Positions 28,981-38,352 of a stretch of 64,000 bases of DNA are shown in pieces. Each line of letters opens with the position of its first letter. The stretch's first letter is position 1. The notes beneath the pieces were generated by a model, which ran no database searches, was not told the DNA's origin, and was given only the letters and a program-made list of their open reading frames with translations. The DNA lies in the NCBI GenBank assembly GCA_963663545.1, contig OY760505.1:1280001-1344000 (forward strand), in the 5' to 3' direction. A program made the position numbers and the translations under genes. Source of the DNA: Candidatus Delongbacteria bacterium (GTDB lineage: Bacteria > CAIWAD01).

Positions 28981-29541
28981 TCAGGTTACGTCAAAGACAA
29001 ACACATCTACGTGCGCCAGATTCAGCTGCGTCCGCAGGCACAAGCCCGCTGCCAAGGACAACTCCTGGATCCTCGCGTGTGACAATCGGTGATCCAGAGG
29101 CGGGCCGTGCTCCTCCTGTCGATAAGACCACTCGGCGACCACGACGCGAACTCGCGCTGTGCGCGCCGCCTCCCGCAGAGCGGCAACAGGATCATCCACT
29201 TCGTGTAACACGTGCGCCAGAAAAACGAGATCGAAAGATCTGTCGTCAAAGGGCAACACCTCCGCCGAGGCTTCGATGTAACACGCGTTCGGGAGGAAGC
29301 GCCGCGCTTCTGCGAGCATTTCCTCGCTCGCATCGACGCCGGTGACCGCCAACCCCGCCGCCGCAAAGGCTTCCGCAAAGAGACCGGTGCCCGTGCCCAC
29401 GTCCAGTACATTCCTCGCCGTGATACACTCGAGGCTGTAGGCCACAACGCGCGCTGGTTCCAGCATGGCTACGCGCTCAGCCGATCGCAGCCGGGCAAGG
29501 TTGCCGTGAAAGCGCTTTTCGTGATGATTCTGATCGGTCAT
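28981..29541 (-). CDS. class I SAM-dependent methyltransferase
   Basis: VLDVGTGTG, LPFDDRSFDLV, VLHEV; AGGAG RBS before ATG 29541. Confidence 0.88.
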   Translation of the reverse strand: MTDQNHHEKRFHGNLARLRSAERVAMLEPARVVAYSLECITARNVLDVGTGTGLFAEAFAAAGLAVTGVDASEEMLAEARRFLPNACYIEASAEVLPFDDRSFDLVFLAHVLHEVDDPVAALREAARTARVRVVVAEWSYRQEEHGPPLDHRLSHARIQELSLAAGLCLRTQLNLAHVDVFVFDVT

Positions 29542-29972
29542 TGCAGCAACACTCCTGTTGCCTGGTGGGAAGTTGAAGGACTCGACCCCTGCAATGTGCT
29601 CGAAAAGGAAGGACATTTCAAACCGGAAAGCGCGCTACTCACATCGTTGGTCGGTCCAATTCTACTCCACGAGGACTGTCCCGCACTATGTGTCACGGTC
29701 TGCAATCGTGACACTGTCGACATGACTCCGGGCATGGTCTCGGGGTGAAATCTGATTCACTCTGTAGCGTATCACAGAATCGCTACACATCCCAAATACA
29801 ATAACAGCAGCCAGAACAGATGTGAAAGCTGGCTTGACTCCGGACGCTGTCCCGGAGTCAAGTCGGATTGAACTCGCTAGCGTATCCCAAGGCATCAGCC
29901 ATGCCCGACCAGGCGTCCTCGACAGCCTGTCGAGGGCCACTGGGCGGGCGAGCGTTTTCTTTGCGGCGCTTT

Positions 29973-30036
29973 CTTTGACGCGACAAAGAAAGCGCCACCT
30001 CTTCGGCATAGCGCCAGCGTACGCCCCGCGCTAGCG
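29973..30036 (-). repeat. dispersed REP-like element, copy 2
   Basis: Reverse-complement match to 16690-16751; includes GGCGCTTTCTTTG..CAAAGAAAGCGCC hairpin. Confidence 0.75.
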
Positions 30037-30120
30037 TGAAAGAAAGGAGCGGACTTTCATCCGCCCCATTGTTTTCTATAAGTGTACTCGATACCGATCC
30101 GACTCTGCAGGAGTCGGCAG

Positions 30121-30160
30121 CGATAGCGATACCGATACCGATACCGATACCGATACCGAT
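30121..30160. repeat. (CGATAC)n hexamer microsatellite
   Basis: Five perfect CGATAC units plus flanking imperfect units. Confidence 0.92.
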
Positions 30161-30178
30161 GAATTTGCGCCACATTCC

Positions 30179-31522
30179 TTAAACAATGTGCAAGTACCGG
30201 TCCAGCTCCCATTGCGAGACGGAAACGCGGTACTCGTCCCACTCCATCGTCTTGGCGTCCACATAAGAGCGATGCAGTGTTTCGCCAAACACGCGCTTCA
30301 TCAGCTTGCTCAAACGGAACTCGCGCACGGCCTCGCCCAAGGATCCGGGCATGGCGGCCAGGCGGTTGCGCTTGGAGTCGCTGACGTGGAAGAGGTCTTC
30401 CTCGGCGGCACGCGGCGGTGTCATCTTGTTCTTGATGCCATCCAGACCCGCACCCAGCATCACGGCAAAAGCCAGATAGGGATTGGCGCTGGGATCCGGA
30501 CAGCGCAACTCGATACGCGTGGTTTTTTCGCGACCGGGGCTGATGCCGGGAACGCGAATCAGCGCACTGCGATTGGTGGCGGCCCAACTGATGTACACAG
30601 GCGCTTCGTAACCCGGCACCAGACGCTTGTAACTGTTGACCAGTGGCGCGATGACCGCCGACATGGCGCGCGCGTGGGTCAGCTGACCGGCGATGAACTG
30701 GGTGGCAAGCTCCGACAGTCCGTACTCGCGGTTGCGATCCACAAAGACATTCTCACCGTTGCGCCACAGGCTCTGGTTGGTATGCATGCCGCTGCCGTTT
30801 TCACCTGCGATGGGCTTGGGCATGAAGGTGGCGTAAAGGCCCAGCTTCTGGGCAACGGCCTTCACCGCCAAACGCATGGTCACAGCTTTGTCTGCGGCAG
30901 CCAGCGCGTCGCCGTAATGGAAATTGATCTCGTGCTGACCAATGGCCACTTCGTGATGCAGCGCTTCAATCTCGAAATCCAGCGCCTGCAGGGCTTCCAC
31001 CATGCGACGGCGCACGGTGTGGGCCAGGTCGGTGGAGGCGTCAAAATAGCCGGCGCGATCCTGCGGAATGAGTGGTAGCAGACGGCCATCCTCGTGAGGA
31101 CGAAAGAGGAAAAACTCGATCTCCGGCGCAACGGTGTAGTCGTAGCCTTCGCCTTTGGCCTCCAGCATGATGCGCTTCAACACGTTGCGCGGATCTCCCA
31201 GGAAGGGCTCGCCGGTAGGCAGATGCACGTCACAGATGCAGCGCGCGGTTACAACGTCCTCGTCCCAGGGAATGACCTGGAAGGTCGTCAGATCCGGCAC
31301 CAGGAACATGTCGCTCTCGGCGATACGCGAAAAGCCCTGAATCGAGGAGCCATCAAACCACTGGCCATGCTCCAGCACGCTCTGCCACATGTTGATGGGA
31401 ATGCCCACCAGCTTGGTGATGCCATGAATGTCTGAGAACTGCAGGTTGATGAACTTCACTCCGCGCTTGGCAATGAGTTCACTTACCCTTTCCACCTCGG
31501 CCGGATCGTGCTTTAGCTTCAT
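30179..31522 (-). CDS. glnA: glutamine synthetase type I (GSI-alpha-like)
   Basis: FDGSSI, ESDM, HHEVA.GQHE, ATFMPKP, NGSGMH, NSYKRLVPGYEAP, NRSALIRVP, RIELRCPD. Confidence 0.95.
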   Translation of the reverse strand: MKLKHDPAEVERVSELIAKRGVKFINLQFSDIHGITKLVGIPINMWQSVLEHGQWFDGSSIQGFSRIAESDMFLVPDLTTFQVIPWDEDVVTARCICDVHLPTGEPFLGDPRNVLKRIMLEAKGEGYDYTVAPEIEFFLFRPHEDGRLLPLIPQDRAGYFDASTDLAHTVRRRMVEALQALDFEIEALHHEVAIGQHEINFHYGDALAAADKAVTMRLAVKAVAQKLGLYATFMPKPIAGENGSGMHTNQSLWRNGENVFVDRNREYGLSELATQFIAGQLTHARAMSAVIAPLVNSYKRLVPGYEAPVYISWAATNRSALIRVPGISPGREKTTRIELRCPDPSANPYLAFAVMLGAGLDGIKNKMTPPRAAEEDLFHVSDSKRNRLAAMPGSLGEAVREFRLSKLMKRVFGETLHRSYVDAKTMEWDEYRVSVSQWELDRYLHIV

Positions 31523-31628
31523 CGGAGACTCCTAAATAAATTTTCATCTTTCGGTTTCAATAGGTTTCAAACCTGGTTAAAAGCAGTTTCATTTCGATTC
31601 AAAACCGCTTTTCTCCATGGAAGGCGGT

Positions 31629-31656
31629 AATATAGACGCTTTCTCCTGCAATGCAA
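31629..31656 (-). promoter_or_regulatory. putative sigma70 promoter of glnA
   Basis: TTGCAT-N16-TATATT on the minus strand in AT-rich intergenic DNA. Confidence 0.35.
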
Positions 31657-31835
31657 GAGTATTTTCGGTCCTCTTGTTTTCAACACTCCATACAATCCAG
31701 GCTTCAGGAAAGGGGAGTTAGGAATCAACTAAATTACAACGAATCGATGATTTTGCTTAATTATTTCAATTCTCAGATTAATTTTCTTGACTCCTATCTC
31801 AAGATAATGCAGATTTCCCCTAAAGGAGGCCCACA

Positions 31836-32210
31836 ATGTGCATGGACTGGCATGAACTGACGCGACTCACTCAGGGACAAGAAATCCTGGTGGAACGTGT
31901 TCGCATGGTGAAGAACGGCGTACGCCTTGAGGGTGAATTCCGCCTGCCACCGCTAGCTGTTCTCAGCGCTGAGGATCAGGTCTTTGTCGCCGCCTTTGTG
32001 CGTGCCCATGGATCCATCAAGCGCATGGAAGAACTTTTCGGCATTAGCTATCCCACAATCAAGAACCGCCTTAGACGCCTCGGTGATGCACTCAGCTTTA
32101 TTGAAGTGCAGGAAGCACGGCCATCAGAGGATATTCTTGATCGTCTGGAAGGAGGCGACATCGACCTGTCCGAGGCTCTGCGTCGTCTGGAAGAGCGTGA
32201 CAAAGCGTAA
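31836..32210 (+). CDS. DUF2089-family HTH protein
   Basis: 'EGEF.LP.L..L..EDQ.F..GSIK.ME..GISYPTIKNRL'. Confidence 0.8.
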   Translation: MCMDWHELTRLTQGQEILVERVRMVKNGVRLEGEFRLPPLAVLSAEDQVFVAAFVRAHGSIKRMEELFGISYPTIKNRLRRLGDALSFIEVQEARPSEDILDRLEGGDIDLSEALRRLEERDKA

Positions 32211-32231
32211 GTAATAGCCTAGGAGCAAATC

Positions 32232-32693
32232 ATGAGTGAAGAACGCCGCCGCATCCTCGACCTCTTGGCCGAAGGCAAAATCAGCGTGGACGAAGCAGAG
32301 CGCTTGCTGGCCGCCGCATCAGGCACAAGCAGTGTTCAGGAAGAGAGCCTGCCGATGGACCCCGAAGTGCTCCCCCATACGGAGACCGAACGCCCCAAAG
32401 TGAAGAATCCCAAATGGTTGCGCGTGCTGGTCACCAGCAACAAAGAGGGCAGGGAAGGCAAAGTGGTCAACATTCGCATCCCGCTGGGGCTGATCAAAGC
32501 GGGTGCGAAGCTCGGTTCGATCATGCCGAAGAGCGCCAAGGCCAAGTTCTCCGCCAGCCTGGAAGAAAAGGGCGTGGAGTTCAACTTGGATGATATCAAC
32601 GCCCAGAACATTGACGAGCTGATCTCGCACCTAAACGACATGGTCATTGATGTCAACGACAACGAAGAGCAGGTGCGCATTTTCTGTGAATAA
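32232..32693 (+). CDS. SHOCT-like domain protein (usual DUF2089 partner)
   Basis: MSEERRRILDLLAEGKISVDEAERLL; VNIRIPL; VRIFCE. Confidence 0.8.
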   Translation: MSEERRRILDLLAEGKISVDEAERLLAAASGTSSVQEESLPMDPEVLPHTETERPKVKNPKWLRVLVTSNKEGREGKVVNIRIPLGLIKAGAKLGSIMPKSAKAKFSASLEEKGVEFNLDDINAQNIDELISHLNDMVIDVNDNEEQVRIFCE

Positions 32694-32714
32694 CCCTTCG
32701 TGACAGCAAAAGAG

Positions 32715-32748
32715 AAGCGGCGCCTCCCAGATGGAAAGCGCCGCTTTT
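32715..32748. terminator. bidirectional terminator
   Basis: AAGCGGCGC..GCGCCGCTTTT between convergent genes. Confidence 0.7.
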
Positions 32749-32774
32749 CATTTTCTCAACTCGTCGTGAATGCT

Positions 32775-35700
32775 TTACTGAACCGCAATCACGCGAAATG
32801 CTCCCAGCGTGCCGGTCTCGGCGCGATTGAGCTCGAGGTAGGTCACCGTGGTCGTGGCCAACTCCATCCAGTCGTACCACATCGCGGTCGTGGTTTCAAC
32901 ACGATAGCTACTGGCTCCCGCGATCGCATCCCATTCCAGGCGCACACCGGAAGCGGTTTTGAGGATCTGCAACACCGGCGCGCTCAGCGCGGCGGACTCA
33001 ACGTGCAAGGTCACGGGAACTTCCTGGCTCAGGTTCGCCGGATCGTTACCGTACACCGTCAATGTGCCGGTATAGCCACCGGCAGCAAGTTCGCTGGCGT
33101 CGAAGTTCACGCTGATCGTGCTGCTGCCGCCGGCGGCAACGGTGCCGCTGATGGAAGACGCGCTCAGCCACTGTGCTTCCGGATTGTTGGTAATCAGGAT
33201 GGCCATGCCCTCTTCGGGATATCCATCCGTGTTGTAGAGGATCTCCAGACCTTCGCTGGCGTCGGAGTTCTCGATGCCGATGCTGACGCTGCCCAGCTGC
33301 TCAAGTGTCTGGTACTGGAAGAGGATGCTGCCATCGGCATTTAAAATGGCCTGGAAAGTATGCAGGTTCGAATTGTTGTAGTGATACACATCCTGCCACT
33401 GGACAATGAAGCGTTGGTTGGCGGAATCAGCCAGATAATAGATGGTACCGTCGCCTCGCGAGGGATCCAAATCATCCCAGAAGGGAGAAATCAGATTGTT
33501 GGGGACGCCTGGATTCGGGAAGGGGTCGTTTCCATGATCGTTGACCACACTATTGAAACTCAGCCAGCCGTTGGAGCACACGCTGATCTCGTCATAGACA
33601 TTGCCGTAGAAGGGGAAATCGATGCCCATGGAGACCATGCCGCTGTTCCAGTCGTCGGCCATCTCCGTGAACGCTGTGCCGGTGGAGCTGATGTCGATCC
33701 AGCTATAGCTCGGGCCGCCGGTTTCGTTGCTGTCGATCCAGCTGTAGCCGAAGCCGTCCGGGCCACCGCTGGGACGTCCAGCTGTGCCGGGGCGCGGGTC
33801 GAAGCCGCTCTTGTCTACCTTGTAGTACTCGTACTCATGGCGCACCTGCGCATTCTGCACCAGGCTCAAGCTCCAATTCAGCTCGGCGTCACCCGTGTTG
33901 CCGATCACCAGATCGCGCGAGTCCTGCTCGCCTTCCGTCAGACTCAGCTCGATGCTGGCAGGCGAGAGGTCCATCACAGGAGCCGCGGGGCTACCTCCAG
34001 CCGGGAAGATGATGTAATCGACCCAGGCGCAATCGCTGCCGCTACTCAGGGAAGTGTCCTTCGTGTACTTCCACGCGAAGGTGTGGGTACCGGCGCTGAC
34101 ATCAAACTCCACGTTCAGCCAGTTCACCGTGCCGGACCAGGTAGCCTGGTCAACGCCGTCGATCTGGAAACGCAGGAAGTCATAGCTGCCCTCGGACGAG
34201 ACCTTCAGCCAGAAGCTGATAACGTCGTCATCGCCGACCTCCATGGTCACGCTCATCTGGCTGTACTGGCTGTCGCTGATGTCTCCGGATGTAGCGCTCC
34301 AAGAGCCTTCATACGCATCGCCACTAAGCGACCAGTCGGCGCTGCCAGTGTGCGTCCAGTCGAAGGAGCTGAAATCGCCGCTCTCGAAATCTTCGAGAAT
34401 CAGGCCCAGCACGAGACTGAAAGCGTCCTCTGCCAACACGTTGTCGCCACTGTAATCCAGCGAGAAGGCGGCCAATGTGCCGACAGGAGCGTCCGCACTA
34501 ACACTTAGAGTGTACTGCACAATAGCACTGTTGCCCGCAGCCAGTCCGGTCAGGGCGTCGTCGCCATCCGTGACAGTCACATAACCGTTACCACAAAGGA
34601 GCTCAGCATCGAAAGCGTCTGCGGCCACGCTGCCGTTGTTCTCAAGCGTGATACTCAGCGTTGCGCTCTCGCCTGGATCCAGGCGACCGTTTCCGCTGGC
34701 ATCCAGCACCGTGACAGCACCCAGCTCGATGGCCGGAGCATGCGCCAGCAGGCTGAAGTCGCACTCCCATTCGTCGCTGCCGCTTGTGGCCAGCAGATCA
34801 AAACTGACGCTGTAGCCGTCAGGCAGGGCTGTGCTGGTCTGGATCTGGAAGGCCTGGTTCACATTCACACTGCCATCGGCCGCAATGGTACCCCAGCTAT
34901 TGGAGTTTTGTATCACGCTGACGTAAGGATCGCTGCAGCTGAGCACAGCGCTGACCGCGGTCGCGGATTCAATGCCCACATTGCTCAGTTCCACGTTCAG
35001 GTATTGGGTAGCCGCGTTCAGCAACAGGCCACCGTCCGCTTCCACCTGACCCGCCACCAGATAGGCTCCATCGGGAGGAACGGTGTTGACCAGGCTTTGA
35101 TACGTGACACAATTGCGCGCCATCACCGTAAGGGTCATGTCGACGCCAACCGGCAAATCGGTAGTGATTTCAATGCTGCAGTTGCCAGCCGCATTGGTGG
35201 TGCCGCTGCCATAAATCTCGCCGTCGTAATACAACACAGCCAGGGCGCCTTCGACGCCCGTGGTGCTTAGTGCAAACTCCGTGGCTGAGCTGAGAACGCT
35301 AGCGGCGTGTGATACAGTCATGGTCACGGGACTGTCGGTGCGCACGTGCAGCGAAGGATCACCAAAGACATGCCAGGTGTCGTACATGTCGTACGCGCTG
35401 CTGCCGTACTCGTCCATCATCAGCATCGATCCTTCGTAGCAAAGGGCGCCGTAGACCCAGCAGTCCTCGGCCACCAGCAGATCGTTGCACTCGTCCTGCG
35501 CCGCCATCGGCGGATTCCAGTCCTGGTTGATGGAGCTGGCGTAAATGCCAACCGCGCCCGCTGGCTCGCTGCCGTGGGTCGCGCGCATCCAGGCTTCGGC
35601 AAAACAGGTGTAACCGTCAAACTGACCATTGACGCAGGCCACATCAAAAATGAAGGGCAGCATGTTGTCATTGGTCAGGTTGTTGATGTTGGTCACGCCA

Positions 35701-37010
35701 AAACCCGTTGAGCCCCAGGCGGTGGTGGAGCCATGACCGGTATAATTGATGACGCTACGCCCCGCGTTGACGGACGCGGAGACCTGGGAGGCAGTGCCGT
35801 TTGGATCATAAATCTGATCCACGGCGGTGTAGGTGTAGCCCAGCAGATCGGTGCGGATGTTGTTCATGTGAACGTAATCGTACTCGCCATCGTCGCCAGG
35901 CCCCTGATCGGAGGCGACGCCCAGACCGAGATGATACCAGCTTGCGGCTGCAGCGTCTCGTTCGTACTCAACACTGCGTTCGACCTGTGTCTGCACCTGC
36001 GCAGACGAAGCTGCCGAAAAGCGTCCCACGAGGATGTCGGGATAGTTGTCGCTACCCACAATCTTGGCGTAGGTCGGATCGGAGCTGCCGCTGTAGGAAG
36101 TCGGAGTCGGCACATCGTCCGCGTCGCCCACCAGCAACAACCAGGTCAAACCCGGCGAGCTGTAGTAGTTGTCCACATAAGTGCCAATCACCGTCGAGGT
36201 GCTGCCAACGGCAGACAGCGGTTGCAGATCCACTTCAATGCCACTTTGGGTCTTCCACTCCACGAAGTCGGCCATATCCGCGACGTACTCGTCGGCGGCA
36301 ATGATCAGCATGCGCCCCTGCTCGCTAAGCGGCGTGTAGCGCAGCGCACTGTCCCAGTTGATGAAATGACGGGCGTAGATCTTCGCGAAGGTCTCGTCCA
36401 GACGCTCTGGCCAGGAGGCACGATCAAGAGTGTTTACGCCTGCGGTTGCCACGGGCTGCAACTCAAGTTCCAGGCTCTCCCAAACGCGCAGAATGCCCTG
36501 CTGTGGCAGATACTGGAAGGGGCTGCAAACCACGCTCTGCCCACGGAAATCTCTAAGGATATAGGGCTCGCGCAGAAAACCGCGCTCTTCCGGCCACTGA
36601 ACAGTGTTGTATGCATCACCGAGTTGCCAGGGCACCATGTCGGGATTGACGTTACGCTTCAAGTCACCCTTGGAAGGCGCGACCGCCAGCTTGAAATCCT
36701 GATACTCGCCGCCAAGGATCACGAGCTTGTAGTCGCCTTGATCCGGCAAAAGAACGCTGCGCGCAAACTGCGGCAACTCAGGCGCACCGGCTTGCAGCGT
36801 AATGGGCGCACCGGGAACGCGTATCTGGTACATCTCCTGTCCATCAACGTCAACGGGCTTGGTTTCAAAACCGTCGACGGTGCATGTCAGGCGCATTGTG
36901 CCTTGATTGCTTAGCAAGCTGATTCCACTGCTTGCCGGTGCCAGGTCCACCCATTCGGCGTGAACCAGTCCCGCACAGAGTAATAGCGCGGGGAGAATCC
37001 TGCGTAGCAT
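32775..37010 (-). CDS. gingipain-like C25 cysteine peptidase with propeptide and accessory Ig/beta domains
   Basis: Propeptide (GAPELP, RDFRG), LLLVGD, VGRFS, catalytic GHG and DVACVNG, FGDPSL, GGPDGFGY domain; AAGGAGG RBS. Confidence 0.92.
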   Translation of the reverse strand: MLRRILPALLLCAGLVHAEWVDLAPASSGISLLSNQGTMRLTCTVDGFETKPVDVDGQEMYQIRVPGAPITLQAGAPELPQFARSVLLPDQGDYKLVILGGEYQDFKLAVAPSKGDLKRNVNPDMVPWQLGDAYNTVQWPEERGFLREPYILRDFRGQSVVCSPFQYLPQQGILRVWESLELELQPVATAGVNTLDRASWPERLDETFAKIYARHFINWDSALRYTPLSEQGRMLIIAADEYVADMADFVEWKTQSGIEVDLQPLSAVGSTSTVIGTYVDNYYSSPGLTWLLLVGDADDVPTPTSYSGSSDPTYAKIVGSDNYPDILVGRFSAASSAQVQTQVERSVEYERDAAAASWYHLGLGVASDQGPGDDGEYDYVHMNNIRTDLLGYTYTAVDQIYDPNGTASQVSASVNAGRSVINYTGHGSTTAWGSTGFGVTNINNLTNDNMLPFIFDVACVNGQFDGYTCFAEAWMRATHGSEPAGAVGIYASSINQDWNPPMAAQDECNDLLVAEDCWVYGALCYEGSMLMMDEYGSSAYDMYDTWHVFGDPSLHVRTDSPVTMTVSHAASVLSSATEFALSTTGVEGALAVLYYDGEIYGSGTTNAAGNCSIEITTDLPVGVDMTLTVMARNCVTYQSLVNTVPPDGAYLVAGQVEADGGLLLNAATQYLNVELSNVGIESATAVSAVLSCSDPYVSVIQNSNSWGTIAADGSVNVNQAFQIQTSTALPDGYSVSFDLLATSGSDEWECDFSLLAHAPAIELGAVTVLDASGNGRLDPGESATLSITLENNGSVAADAFDAELLCGNGYVTVTDGDDALTGLAAGNSAIVQYTLSVSADAPVGTLAAFSLDYSGDNVLAEDAFSLVLGLILEDFESGDFSSFDWTHTGSADWSLSGDAYEGSWSATSGDISDSQYSQMSVTMEVGDDDVISFWLKVSSEGSYDFLRFQIDGVDQATWSGTVNWLNVEFDVSAGTHTFAWKYTKDTSLSSGSDCAWVDYIIFPAGGSPAAPVMDLSPASIELSLTEGEQDSRDLVIGNTGDAELNWSLSLVQNAQVRHEYEYYKVDKSGFDPRPGTAGRPSGGPDGFGYSWIDSNETGGPSYSWIDISSTGTAFTEMADDWNSGMVSMGIDFPFYGNVYDEISVCSNGWLSFNSVVNDHGNDPFPNPGVPNNLISPFWDDLDPSRGDGTIYYLADSANQRFIVQWQDVYHYNNSNLHTFQAILNADGSILFQYQTLEQLGSVSIGIENSDASEGLEILYNTDGYPEEGMAILITNNPEAQWLSASSISGTVAAGGSSTISVNFDASELAAGGYTGTLTVYGNDPANLSQEVPVTLHVESAALSAPVLQILKTASGVRLEWDAIAGASSYRVETTTAMWYDWMELATTTVTYLELNRAETGTLGAFRVIAVQ

Positions 37011-37281
37011 CCCTACACCTCCTTGTTCCATTCCCCATTACAAAGCACAGGCGCCCGAGTTTGCGGTACACGGGTACGGCTCCCTTGTCGTCGGGAAATA
37101 GAAATGAGAGCGATCTATAGTTGGATCGCGGTTCCGGACATTCCGGCCAAGAGTGGCAAAATCCTTGCCCATGGGCAATGCTTACTCAATATGAAATGGC
37201 TTCCGCAAAGCTGTGCCCCGTCCCGAGAGCCGCACCGGCCAAGTTTTAGCAGATTGAGGCTGGAAATGCGAAAGGACCCCC

Positions 37282-37812
37282 ATGCACGCCTACGTCTCCT
37301 GGGTCAACGGCAACCCGATGCTCTCGGCCGCTCTGCAGTTTGCCCTGTTGGGCACCCTTGGTGAACTCATTCCCCACTGGATTAGGCGCGGTAGAGGTCT
37401 GATTCCCTTCTCACCACTTATCCTGCTGGGCAAAGTGCTGGCCTGGGCTCTTATGGGCCTGGTGATCAAGTATGGCTTTGCCATGATGAAAGGTGGCGTA
37501 GCTGGCTTGCTGGAACACGGCCTGCTTCCGGCCTGGACGGCGAAGGGCGTGGCACGAGCCTTTGTTGTTTCAGCTATAACCAATCTCTTCTTCGGCCCGC
37601 AAATGATGGCCTTTCACCGCATCGAGGACAACTTGATCCTGCGCCAGCGAGGCTTCGCCGGTATCACGCGCGCATGGTGGACGCTGATCTGGTTCTGGAT
37701 TCCCGCGCATACGCTGACATTCAGCCTGCCCGTTGACTATCAGATTGGTCTGGCAGCACTGTGGTCAGTGGTGCTTGGTGTGATACTCGGATTCAGCAAA
37801 CCAAAAGCCTGA
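37282..37812 (+). CDS. Mpv17/PMP22-like membrane protein
   Basis: Hydrophobic; 'NLFFGP..FWIPAHTLTFSLP..W..ILG'. Confidence 0.65.
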   Translation: MHAYVSWVNGNPMLSAALQFALLGTLGELIPHWIRRGRGLIPFSPLILLGKVLAWALMGLVIKYGFAMMKGGVAGLLEHGLLPAWTAKGVARAFVVSAITNLFFGPQMMAFHRIEDNLILRQRGFAGITRAWWTLIWFWIPAHTLTFSLPVDYQIGLAALWSVVLGVILGFSKPKA

Positions 37813-38332
37813 TAGCAGAACTCTTGAGCCAACCATGAGCAGGCTGACATTCAGCCTGCCCGTTGACTATCAGATTGGTCTGGCGGCGCTGTGGTCAGTG
37901 GTGCTTGGTGTGATACTCGGATTCAGCAAACCAAAAGCCTGATAGCAGAACTCTTGAGCCATCCATGAGCAGGCTGACATTCAGCCTGCCCGTTGACTAT
38001 CAGATTGGTCTGGCAGCACTGTGGTCAGTGGTGCTTGGTGTGATACTCGGATTCAGCAAACCAAAAGCCTGATAGCAGAACTCTTGAGCCATCCATGAGC
38101 AGGCTGACATTCAGCCTGCCCGTTGACTATCAGATTGGTCTGGCGGCGCTGTGGTCAGTGGTGCTTGGTGTGATACTCGGATTCAGCAAACCAAAAGCCT
38201 GATAGCAGAACTCTTGAGCCAACCATGAGCAGGCTGACATTCAGCCTGCCCGTTGACTATCAGATTGGTCTGGCGGCGCTGTGGTCAGTGGTGCTTGGTG
38301 TGATACTCGGATTCAGCAAACCAAAAGCCTGA
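37713..38332 (+). repeat. 130-bp tandem array, about 4.8 copies of gene 3' end plus a 30-bp linker
   Basis: Units start at 37713, 37843, 37973, 38103, 38233; differences only GCAGCA/GCGGCG and AACC/ATCC. Confidence 0.97.
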
Positions 38333-38352
38333 ACCCCGGCCATTAGCGCACA

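Noticed and set aside
29858..30587. ORFs with IGIG/YRYR/VSVS repeats
   Set aside because: Translations of the (CGATAC)n tract, not credible genes
37713..38332. Possible CRISPR array or DGR template/variable repeats
   Set aside because: Linkers are near-identical, variation is synonymous, and no cas or reverse transcriptase gene is present
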